From the NCBI RefSeq assembly GCF_009914755.1, contig NC_060926.1: 64,000 bases of DNA. The stretch is one strand, 5' to 3'. Positions within the stretch are counted from its first letter, which is position 1; each line of letters begins with the position of its first letter. The notes below the pieces were generated by a model. The model was given only the letters and a program-made list of their open reading frames with translations, was not told where the DNA came from and did not search any database. Origin of the DNA: the human T2T-CHM13v2.0 reference genome, Homo sapiens. Below are positions 53,237-64,000 of this stretch, in pieces. The translations under genes and the position numbers were made by a program.

Positions 53237-53960
53237 AAGTAAATCAGTATATCAAAGGAATACCTGCACTCCCATATTTACTGTAGCACTGTTCACAATA
53301 GCAAAGATATGGAATCAACCTACACATCCATCAACAGATGGTAGATAAAGAAAAATGTGATATATATATGTATATGTGTGTATATACATATATAATCACA
53401 TCTTCACAGTGTATATGTGTGTGTGTGTGTATATATATATATATGTATACATACACACACACGCACACACACACACACTGGAATATTTTCTGGCCATAAA
53501 GAAGAATGAAATGTCATTTGCAGCAACATGGATAGAACCATAGGGTATTATGTTAAGTAAAAGAAGCCAGGCACAGAAAGACAAATATCACCCGTTCTCA
53601 CTCAGATATGAGAACTAAAAAATTGGGCCTCACAGAGGTAAAGAATAGAATAATAGGTACCAGAGGCTGGGAAGGAAGTTTGGGTTGGGGAAGGAGATGA
53701 AGAAAGGCTGGTTAGTGGGTACAGACGTAGTTAGATGGAAGGAATTAGTTCGAACGATAGATAGCACAGTAGGGTGATGATCGTTAACATGATATTGTAT
53801 ATTTCAAAGTAGCTAGAAGAGAGGACTGGAAAAGTTTCCAACACATAGAAATGATAAACACTCAAGATGATGCCCCAACTTAATCATCACACATTCTATG
53901 CATGTAACAAAATATCATATATGCCCCATCAATACATGCAAATATTATGTAACAATAAAA
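53237..53960 (+). mobile_element. 5'-truncated L1MA (L1MA2-4-like) 3' end with internal TA/TG/CA microsatellite
   Basis: CACAATAGCAAAGATATGGAATCAACC...CATGTAACAAAATATCA...AATAAA; degenerate TSD AACATTCTTTCCCAGA (53221-53236) / AAAGTTCCTTCCCAGA (53961-53976). Confidence 0.9.
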
Positions 53961-55448
53961 AAAGTTCCTTCCCAGACCAGGTTTGGTATAATTTTTCCTA
54001 CTCAATGGTTTGGCAAGCACAGTTTAGATGGAATTTTACCAAAGCCCTGCTTTTCACCATGTGACCAAGTTCCCAGACTGAAAGGGTCGGCACTGAATGA
54101 GATGTTACTTTATTCATGATTTGTGCCTAGGGCAGCCATGCAGGACCCAAAGGGATTTAGATAGATGCCCCAAAGCTAGATAAGATAGATAGATTCACCA
54201 AAGCTCTGGCAGGGCAGAGAGGAGCAGACATCTGCCTCCAGGCCCAGTGAGAGAGGGTACCATCGTGTTACACATAATCGTTTCGGAGTGAAGTTCATCT
54301 TGGGTGACTGACTCTGCCCTAAAGATTCTGATTTGTCCCTTGAGTTATAATAGTAGACTGGGATCCATTTCAGGCCATGGATATTTTGTAACCTGGATTT
54401 TCTAGTTATAAGAAAATAAAATTAAATAAAATTTAGAAATTTCTATACGTAAAAACATGAGAAAATAAACTATCTACATTACGAAACCTATCTCCACAAA
54501 ATAGTGGGTTAAAAAATCATAACCTGAACATTGTAGATCATTTCTTTCTAGTATTTTATGTATTTGTTTTTACCTAGCAAATAGTTGTATGTATATTAAA
54601 ATTTTTTTACATTTACTTTTTCAAAATTTTTCTGTTTTAAAATAAAGTTTAAAAAGTACAGTTGTATCCAAAGCATTTTCCCTTGTTAAATAAAGTTTAT
54701 TCTTTATGAAACTAATTTTTCTTTGTTTTATTGAAAGATAAATGGATTTTAAAAAAAATCTAATAGCACATAATACAGTGTAAAGTATATTTCACTCTCA
54801 GTCTAGACCCCCAGTCTTCCTTGAAAGTTATTGTGAATAAGGTACTAATGGTGAATAGGATGCTAAAATAGGGGTTTTGTCCATTTTAGCACAGGCCCTA
54901 AGCTGAGAGCAGTACCATAGTAGCAGAGTGCCTCCCGCCTAAAGCCAGGTGTGAACTCTCCCGTGCAGGGCATGCAAATAGATTGTGAAACTGATTCTGC
55001 CAAGACAGACCAACCCCAACCTCCAGCCTGGAAGAGTTGAGTTGGGCAAGCTGGGAGTTGAAGAGAGGGGTCAGAATGTTGTCAATATCAACCTCCCTGC
55101 TTGTCCCAACAAGAGGCAAAGAAGTGATTGTCTCTCACCTTAAGTGAGAGGCTTTGGCTTCAGGGCTACTTGAAAAGCTTTATTTGCATTCCCTGAAGTT
55201 TGAAGGACAGAGGGGACTATGGTCTGAAACATTCCTGAGAAACGTAAGAGCAAAGGTTACAGTCTGTGCCTGAAGCAGGAGGAGCGAGAAAGCCAGGGCT
55301 GTCCAGGGAGCAAACTGCTCTCCCACCTGCTGGGGCACAGATGAGAGACCTTTCCAAGGACCAGTGGACTCATGGGATGGAGAAGCTGGAGTCCCTTGGA
55401 AGAGCTATGTGCAGGGAGACTGTCTGGTGGAGGAGGTAGGGGTGGTGG

Positions 55449-55998
55449 TGTTACCAGTAGAAGGTGTCCACATTCTTGGCATTTTGAACAAGGAATTGCA
55501 CAATACACACAAACAAAGCAAGGGAAGAATGAAGTAACAAAAGCAGAACTTTATAGAAAACGAAAGCACACTCCACAGGATAGGAGCTGGCCCGAGCACA
55601 GGGGCTCAAGAGCCCCTTTACAGAATTTTGGGGGTTTAAATATGCTATAGAGGTTTCCCATTGGTTACTTGGTATACATCCTATGTAAATGAAGTAGTGG
55701 CCCACAATCAGTCTGATTGATTGCTTTCTGCAACGGGTCAGTTGTGGAAATAGTTGGTTGTGGAAAGTAACTAATCAGAGGCTGAAATTACAAAGTTACC
55801 CTCCAATGCAAATGTTTGATTGGTTGCAGACAGCAACCCCCTTTTTCCAATCAGAAAAAGGGGGCAGGGGGGTGCAAAGGGAGTAGCCTCCAGTTCTTTT
55901 GTTACTTAGGTATGGAAAGTTGGGGTTTTCGTTTTGATTGAGTTACAGGAAGTCAGCGTGCCCTTAGGTTCCCGGCCTCCACACCCTATTCTGCCTCA
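55449..55998 (-). mobile_element. ERV1 solo LTR (MER51-like)
   Basis: TGTTACCAGTAGAAGG...CCCTATTCTGCCTCA; 4-bp TSD GTGG; several CCAAT/ATTGG boxes. Confidence 0.88.
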
Positions 55999-56399
55999 GT
56001 GGGATCCAGCACAGTGGCGGGTTGTGCAATGTCTAGGGAATAGAGGCCTCTGTCATGTCAAGAGAGATACGGGTAGAGGTCCTCAGTAAAAGACTCTCTG
56101 AGAAACCCACAAAACATCCACCAAAGAGGGAGAGATGTTTGCCAAGGCTAGAGGGCTCAGTGCCAGGTCACAGCCTGGTAAGACTTTTCCTGCCTCCTCG
56201 CTCCTTTCCAGGGCTTCCAACCCTAGTGGGGCCTGAAATAGCAGCCTGTGAGAGGCGGAAGTCTGGAAAAGTAAATAAAACTAAACAAAAATCCACATAC
56301 ATGCATCTATATCTGTATCTGTGTATCTCCACATACATCTGTTATGGTCCTTTATGCATACAAACATATACACATGCACATAAATGTATGTGTATGTAA

Positions 56400-56422
56400 G
56401 TGTGTGTGTGTGTGTGTGCGCG
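56400..56422. repeat. (TG)n(CG)n microsatellite
   Basis: GTGTGTGTGTGTGTGTGTGCGCG. Confidence 0.9.
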
Positions 56423-57425
56423 TACCCCTATCATAGCCCTTACTCACTCAATCAAGGCTTCTAAGTCTGGGTGAGGCCTGCACAGAGACACAAGGACATA
56501 TTGAACGTGGTTAAGAATTTGAGGTTTTCATTAATACTTTAGGTGACCTTTTTAATAATCAAAATGAGATTGCTTTCATGTGCAAAAGTGAGCTGAGGAC
56601 ACTTCTTTCTGTGAGTGTGACCAGAAAAGCTTTTGTAACATTGGAGAGAAAAAAATAACTCTCCATCCACCTATTTCAGTGAGTCCTGCCCATTCAGTAA
56701 TGCCAGTTTCTTTTTTATTCTTCCAGAATTGTTGATTGCAAACACAAGTGCATGTGAGTGTAGAGGGACAGGCCTGCTCTCTGTATCCCTCTCCTGGCCC
56801 TCCCTGTGCTTTTGCTTTGGTCAGCAGGCTAAAGGAGGAGGTAAGGGGCATTTGCAGTCTTCTCCTGTTTGTTAGAGGAGCCAAGGCAGCTGGTGGGTAG
56901 ATGTGGAATTGGGGTGGGGGTGGAGTTGGGGGTTGGCTTGCAGGTTCACTTGTTTCAGGGCTGGCTTGTGTAGCTCCCTTGGCATCTAGGATTCCCTGGA
57001 GAGATTGGTGTGAATTGTCAGTATGCTTCCCACCTGGTTACACAGTGTCAGCATTCCCCTGACCTCACAAAGTGGTCCCCCACACCTACCTACTCTTTCT
57101 GCCTTCTATGCAGGCTCCAGAACCCTAAAGCAACCATCTCCCACACTGCTTGGGCACCACTGGGATCTTGATGATTCATTGTTGTCCATTCCTACCTAGA
57201 AGGCTACATCTTTCTCCTGTGAGCCTTTTCTTAACACTTAATGGCCCACTGTGCGTCAGCAGACGGCGTGTCTCACAAAAAAATCTAGGCATCAACGACA
57301 CGCCCCCTTCCCTTTGTGTGTGCAGAAACACCCACATTCCATGGGTGACTTTTGCCTGTTCTGTTCCGTTTGCATCCTCCAGCATAGCCTCCCTTCAAAA
57401 AGGGATAATAAATATGCTTTTTAAC

Positions 57426-57629
57426 TTTTCGTTTTAGATAAATTATCTCTCCTTTGTAAGTTTTGTTAATAAACCTAGCAGGTCCTTTTGTAGTCATGAA
57501 ATAATATAGAAGTAAAATATATTTTTATTTTCTTGAATAAGAAACTAAGTTGCTCACGTGACATTGTGATCCCCTGTCCCAGGTCCCTCCTTCCACCTAC
57601 AGCTGGGGCAAAGCATTGCATAAGGGGAT
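57426..57629 (+). repeat. Direct repeat copy 1 (~205 bp)
   Basis: Homologous to 59128-59333. Confidence 0.9.
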
Positions 57630-57897
57630 TGTTGTTTTTCCTTCAGTCTTCCTTCAGGAATCTGGGTGAGCTGGGAAGGAAACACGGTCTCAACTTGCCA
57701 TCACACATTAGATGCATGCCCTCACCCTACTCTATGTGAATGTGTGTGATATTATCATACACTCAATGTGGTTATACTACTCAAAATACATAACTTTGCC
57801 CCAATATTTTCCCCAATTAGAGATTTATACTCCACAGAAAACTTACAAGGATGTTTGTAAAAGCTGAAGACTGGGAATGACAGAAATATTTCATTAT

Positions 57898-58103
57898 TTA
57901 AGTGTTGGGTTAAGTCATTACATAACATCTATACATTCCAATTATTGATTTGACTGTATAGATATTACATAGTGACTTAACCCAACACTTAAGTATGAAA
58001 TTATTCAGTCAAAATTAACAGTTGGACTGTATACATATTACATAATTACTTAACCCAACACTGTTAACAACAGTCAAATTAACATTTGACTGTATAGATA
58101 TTA
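57898..58103. repeat. Inverted plus direct repeat cluster inside an old L1M fragment
   Basis: 38-bp arms 57898-57935 and 57955-57992 (34/38 complementary); further copies at 58028-58062 and 58085-58103. Confidence 0.9.
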
Positions 58104-58509
58104 ACAACACTGAGGTATTTAATAAGACTGAGGAAGGCTTGTATGTTCTGCTGTGTAATCTTCTCTAAGATATATCATCAAGTGAATAAAGTTCATTTTC
58201 AATTACGATTTAACATCCCCAAATTAATACACTGTTTTACTTACTTACTACCTTAGCAGAAGTCAGCTATGTGGCTTCCTTTTCTTAATTTCTCCAAATC
58301 AGGCCCTAATGAAGATCTCCGTCCTTAAATTTTTACTGTGCATGTCTGACTCTTTCGTTAAGATAATCCTGGTGTTAGAATATTTGGATGATAAAATACT
58401 CACATTTGCTATTTGGACACATATTGTCAAGTAGCTTTCCAAAAGAGTTGTATGCACTTATAATTTTATCAGCATAATGTGAGGAGATTCATCTCACTAG
58501 GGTCGTTTT

Positions 58510-59118
58510 TGTGTTTGACACATCCTCAGACAGCCCCCAAACATACTCATGGTACTCATGCTTGTTGGTATTTGTGAGGGTTACATATACTCATTACTCT
58601 TCATGTGACTCCTTTCCCTTGAGTGTAAGCTGAACCTAGTGATTTGCTTCTAAGAAGCAGAATAAGGCAAATGTAATGGGATGCAAATTCCATGATTATG
58701 TTACAAATCACCTTGACCTTGTCTTTCTAGGACTCTGTATCTTGCTGAGCCTTCTTAGCTTGGATTCTTTGATGAAACACCACCATATTGGAGCATTCCA
58801 CCTGCCAAAGAACTGAAGGCAAGCTTCAGCCAACAGCCAGCAAGGAACTAAGATCTTCAGCCCAAAGCCACAGGGAACTGAGTCCTGCCAACTGCCACAT
58901 CAGTGAGCATAGATGGGATCCTCCACAGTTGAACTTTCAGATAAGACCAGAGCCACACCTGACAATTTGATTGCAGCCTTGCAGACAACCCTGAAGCAGA
59001 GGACCCAGTTCAATCATGCTGGGATTCCTGACCCACAGAATCCATGAGAAAATAAATGTGTGTGTTTAAGCCTCTACATTTTGAGGCAATTTGTTATACA
59101 GCAAGAGATAATGAATAC
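58510..59118 (+). mobile_element. MLT1E/F-like MaLR LTR
   Basis: CCCTTGAGTGTAAGCTGAACCTAGTGATTTGCTTCTAA; CCAACAGCCAGCAAGGAAC; GATTCCTGACCCACAGAA; AATAAATGTG. Confidence 0.85.
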
Positions 59119-59127
59119 TTTTGTTAT

Positions 59128-59333
59128 TTTTCATTTTAGGTAAATTATTTCTACTTTGCAAGTTTGCGTAATAAGTCTAGTAAATCCTTCTGTAGTCATG
59201 AAATAATACAGAAGTAAGAAAAAAAATCCCATTTTCTTGAATGAGAAAGCAAGGTGCTGACATAACATTGTGATCCTCTGTCCTAGGTCTCTCCTTCCAT
59301 CCATGGCTGGGGCAAAGCATTTCGTAAGGGGAT
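59128..59333 (+). repeat. Direct repeat copy 2 (~205 bp)
   Basis: Homologous to 57426-57629. Confidence 0.9.
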
Positions 59334-60713
59334 CTTTGCCTGCACTACTCCTCCCAGGTGGACATCTCTTCTCTGTGATTTTCACTGAGAGCATTTATTC
59401 AACATGGATTTGAGTTCCTAGTATGAGCTTGAAATCATGGAGGAATAAGACATATGGAGATTTGATGTGCATATCTCACGTCCTGCCTCCATGCCATTTC
59501 TCATATTGTAACTCCTCTTGGGAGCCTCTTCCTTCTTCATTTTGACTTTCAAAATTTTGTGCCGATTACAAAGCCCCACATTCTCTATGATGTTTTCTTT
59601 CCAACCCTCTGGTGCCCATCCACCTGTAAATGTCTATGACAACAGAACCACATAGCAAAGGCTGATGTCATCAATTCTCTCTGAGTTAACCTCCGACTTG
59701 GTAAGATGTGTGAGCCTTTATCAGTTATGAACAGGGAATGAGTCAAACCAAGTTATAGTTCCTAAAATAGTTACATGACCCCTAAGCAGCCTTGTTATAA
59801 AATGCTCTAAGATGAAATTAAAAGGTCACACAATTATTGTTTTTACTTCCAAGGTTCAGAAATATACTTAACACATTTTAGCTCTTAATTATTTTTAGTT
59901 CTATAATACTAAGTCTTCTAATGAATATTAACTTAAAGCTGGGCATTAAACATTCAACTGTGAACTAAATGTAAACTCTCTGACCCTAGGCAAACAGAAT
60001 TTAATTTTTTAAAAATGTGGAAATCTAATTAGCTATCACACTTAGGCCCCATGAGGCCACTCGTAATGTGTAACTGATACTTCCAGGTGTCCTGCTGGTG
60101 GCTTGAATCAATTAGTGATCTTTATTGAAGCTGAATATAATTAATTACACAACTTTGAGATGTTCAAGTCTAATTTCACTAAAATTACATCATAAAGCTG
60201 GGGCATTTCAGGGCTTCTGACAGAAAAAAAAACAAGCATGAATAATTACTCAGTTAAATTCATGGCACATAAATTCATACCACAAAATTGAACTCCTTTA
60301 GCTTACCGTTGTCAGAGATAAAAATGCCCTGGGGTCACACACATAGGATTGTTGAACAGGTGCTCACTACTGAAGAAACATGTGTGTTACTTATCTAAAC
60401 TATAAGCCTATCGGGGGACTATGTGCACAGATATTTTTCTGAAACATGTAAGTTAATTGCTTATTCACTAGGATGACACCACCAAGACCTATTTCTGACA
60501 TGAGGTGTGTTCCCTGTCATCCTAGCTGCAATAAAGGCCTGAGCAATAGGAACTATTACAGAAAACCAGATCCAACACATACAAAAACTTAGGATCATAA
60601 AATACTTGAGAATCGAAGCTAATCTTGCCTCTTCCTCTAGTCTCCCTAAAATGTGATTGTAGGTTACATCTGAGACAAAATATCAAAGAAATTCGAGATA
60701 GTTTCTCAGCATC

Positions 60714-61193
60714 TATGTCAGTTATCTATTACCACATTAATACTGTGTAACAAAGCGCCCTAAAGGTAAAGTCTTAAAAGAAGACACATTTACTATTGCT
60801 CATGAGTCTACAGGTCAACAGAGTGGTTTTGTTCTGCTGATCTTGGTGAGTTTGTTTGGCAAGCTGTGGTTTGAACCAAGGCTTACTAACTTGTCCGGTG
60901 GTAGGCAAGCTTTTGGCTGATTGAGGATGCCTCTGTTCCATGGGCATGTTTTTATGAAGATCTCAGGGGTGAGAAAGGAAGAGAGAGAGAGAGAGCTGCA
61001 AGGCTTCATGAAGCCTGGCCTCAGAAATGGCACCACATCACTTTTCCAACATTCTGTCCCCAAAGCAAGACACAGACCAGTGCAGATTCAAGGAGTGGGG
61101 AAATAGACTCTACCTCTTAGAGGAAGAACTTGTAAAGTCACAAAGTAAAGAAAGGGGGGAAAATTCGGTCTATTTCCCAATCAATCTACTACA
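60714..61193 (-). mobile_element. MLT1G/H-like MaLR LTR with perfect 5-bp TSD
   Basis: TATGTCAGTTATCTATT...CAGATTCAAGGAGTGGGGAAATAGACTCTACCTCTT...AATCTACTACA; TSD GCATC at 60709-60713 and 61194-61198. Confidence 0.85.
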
Positions 61194-61240
61194 GCATCCA
61201 GAAATGGATGGACTTATTCACGTTTGCACTCAGAAATATG

Positions 61241-62270
61241 TAGTTCATTTTCATTATTCTTGATAGTCATATTCTATAAAGATACCGTGAACATGCATTT
61301 GTGGGTACTGAATTATTGCTTCAAGGGGAAATTTGCTTTATATAGGTTTATTTGTCAACATTATTCTTGTGAAACAAGCCAGTCTCATCAGTGCTGAAAA
61401 TTGTGCTCTTCCACTTAGCCCTTTTCCTGTATAATACTTAGCAGGTGTTTTTAAAATTCTTCCATAGTCTCCTGATCTGCAGAAATGCATCTCCTCTGCA
61501 AGCTGAGCATTTTTCACACTGCATTGCCTTTTGAATCATGTGAGCCAGCCAGCACCAGCCAAGAAGAGTTTAACATTTTCCTGACCGTGGGTTATCTGAC
61601 CATAAATTTGTTTGGCTTTCAGTCTCACAACAATGCTGTCCCCTTTTCAATTATTTTTAAATTAGTTGTCGTCTCATGAATCCATCCATTTAGCCACTTC
61701 CCCGTCTTTTCCATAGCTTCATCATGCACTATGGACTACATGCTACTTCAACACCTTCTGGAGCAGCCTCGCATGTGGATCTGCAAATTTCCTCTTCCTT
61801 TTTCTGGATGTATCTTGTTGTTGATTCATTCGTATGGGACTCAGTCAACAGCACTGTAACTCATGCCTGCACGAAGCTTAGTTAACATGTATTCCCTCCA
61901 AAAGGTATATCACAGTCTCCGTGCGCTGAGGAACACTAAACGACACTTTAGCACCATGCTTGGAGTTCATTTTAAACAGCAAAATTATGAACAAAAAGCA
62001 CGAAAAATACAAAAAAAAAGGCACTAAATAGACCGCACACACAAAAGACACTTGTTTATAGTTTGAAAGCTGAAATAAGAAGGGGAGGGTGTCTTGTTCA
62101 ACCTCAGCTGGGAACAGGCGCATTGAATGGGGTACATTTTTTTTCAACTCTCTTCTAGTCCATGAATGAACACAACATCACTGTAAGGGTGGATTTGGGG
62201 GGTTACAAGTAAATTTGTGCAAGTAGACAAATTTGCAAATATGCAATCTGTCAATAATGAAGATGGTCTG
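61241..62270 (-). mobile_element. TcMar-Tigger DNA transposon fossil (MER82-related) with transposase remnants
   Basis: Terminal repeats TAGTTCATTTTCATTATT / AATAATGAAGATGGTCTG; minus-strand peptides FLAGAGWLT*FKRQ (CENP-B HTH) and IFSTDETGLF (pogo DDE start). Confidence 0.85.
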
Positions 62271-63429
62271 CATATGGAAAACCTGCTCTGTGAAGTCACT
62301 GAGTCAAGCCTGGGGAAGAGGCTGCTCAGGGACCAGCCCTGCCCTTGAAGGTGTATCTGTCAGAGGCAGCAAAAGGAATGACAGCACAGGCTCCTAAGGG
62401 GTTACATTCTGGAAGGAAAAAATGTTTGGGGAACACAGAGGTGGCTTCCAGTAAGAATTTTCATTCTAGTTGTGGTTCAGGGTCACTGTTTCAGTCTTTA
62501 CTTACAGTCTCTACTGAGGGATGATTGAGTTTTGGATCCAAAGGTATCCTGGGCATAGGCTGAAAAAAGCCCAACTCTAAAGTTGGTGGTGGTGGTGTTT
62601 GGATTCAACCAGATGCTTATTTCTGGTTGAATAAGCAGTTGGTGGAGCTCTGAAAGCAGGTGGAGCTCAAATCGCCACCGCTCTGACGGCCTGCTGTATA
62701 CCAAGCATGCTAGGTGTTGTGGATGTGCAGTATTGGGACCAAGGCAACTCCTTCTCCAGGGAGTCTCCCCTGGGGGTGACAGGGGAGGCACAGGCATACC
62801 CCGCATTGCTATCATAACTGGATGAGAGAGAGAGGTCTGGGGCTCCGGAAGGAGAGAGGTTGTTTCTAGATGGGGATATCTGGGAAGGTTTCAGGCCACA
62901 GGTCGTGTTTGATCTGGGCCTTTAATATAAGAAATGTTTTCATACATTGCAGTGAGTGAAGGAATGTTTCAATCACAGGAGACATAGGTTACATAGTTCA
63001 TTGTTTCTCATCCTTTCAAAAAGCATGACCCTATAATTCTAACTGACTCTTTTTTCTTTTTAATTATGAAAAACTGTCGAGCTTAGTTTTCTATATTTTG
63101 TTTTATGAAAACAGTAATTGCACTGTTAGCTTCATGTTTCCTCTCCCCAGCACCTCTTCTCCCCATGACAATGATACTGTCTCATCCCCATCTCCAAGAC
63201 CAGTCACAGGAGACAGTGTGCTCCTAGATGGCAGGGGAGGATGTCAGCTTCAGCTCTGTGCTCCCTGAACGTAGCACAGGACCTGGCCCACAGCAAATGC
63301 TTAGGAAGTGTTTGCTGGTAGAAAAGATAAATGGGAAGAAGGAAGGAAGGAGAGGAGGAGGGAAGGAAGACAAGAAGGGAATAAAGAAGAATTAAAAAGA
63401 AAAGAAAAAATGATAGGCAACCACGTGGC

Positions 63430-63625
63430 CTCTAAATGCACTACTTGAATCAAAATCACCTTGAATCTTTGTCTAATCAGTAAGTGCAGAGTATCTGCTA
63501 TGCCTGATGGAGATTCTGCTGCAAAGCTGTCAGGGATGGGTCAGGAAGTCTGTATTTTAAATAGCACAGATCCTCCAGAATCCACAGGGGATTCTGATGG
63601 ACAGCCAGGTTTGGGGACCACTTAT
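63430..63625. mobile_element. hAT-Charlie MITE (MER5B-like)
   Basis: GAATCAAAATCACC...GGAAGTCTGTATTTTAAATAGCAC...GATTCTGATGGACAGCCAGGTTTGGGGACCACT. Confidence 0.7.
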
Positions 63626-64000
63626 GCAGATACAGGATGTGAGATCATTAATAGTATCATTGCATCAGTGTTACAAGTTGTCAAGAATGGGCTTCCCCCA
63701 CCTGCCTTCATATACCTGCCAGTATCACAGGTGTTGCAGGAAGAATGAGCGCTGCTATAGATGCAAAAGTGTGCCTGCAGCTCTGTGGGCCCCTTTCTGC
63801 TCTCTGCAGCTGATCACCTCTGGGGACAGGGGAATTGGATGACCTTAGAGAAAGCTCCCTTGTACTCTTGTGCTTTGAACATTTTTTTCCCATGTATGTC
63901 CTCAAGTTGCCTACGCATCTTGTAAAGTGCAGGTCTTTGGGGTCCATTCTAAAGCTGAAATTTCCAAAATGGAGCCTTCCCTATGATAAGGTATGAGAGG

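Noticed and set aside
57898-58103. Repeat-spacer appearance resembling a CRISPR array
   Set aside because: Eukaryotic context, mixed orientations, non-unique spacers and no cas genes

Overview
Primate (human-like) non-coding genomic DNA, about half interspersed repeats, with no recognisable protein-coding host gene. It carries five Alus, L1 3' ends, many ancient L2/MIR fragments, MaLR LTRs (THE1/MST/MLT1), ERVL/ERV1 solo LTRs and DNA-transposon fossils. The dominant feature is a full-length (6,466 bp), env-less, decayed HERV-L provirus on the minus strand (39664-46129). It has two MLT2A-type LTRs, a perfect 5-bp TSD and gag-pro-RT-RNaseH-IN-dUTPase remnants, and is nested in an older MLT1 LTR. 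Nearly all other ORFs are spurious. Unexplained structure worth checking: three local template-switch/fold-back rearrangements inside old repeats, an old ~205-bp direct duplication, an enhancer-like octamer inverted repeat enclosing an RFX box, a strong CTCF motif next to a G4, DUX4 motifs in convergent LTRs, and two frame-compatible plus-strand exon candidates downstream of a THE1 LTR. Repeat family and subfamily calls are made by eye from recalled consensus sequences, and boundaries of old elements are approximate. I see no firm evidence of a novel biological system; the transcript and enhancer ideas are hypotheses.
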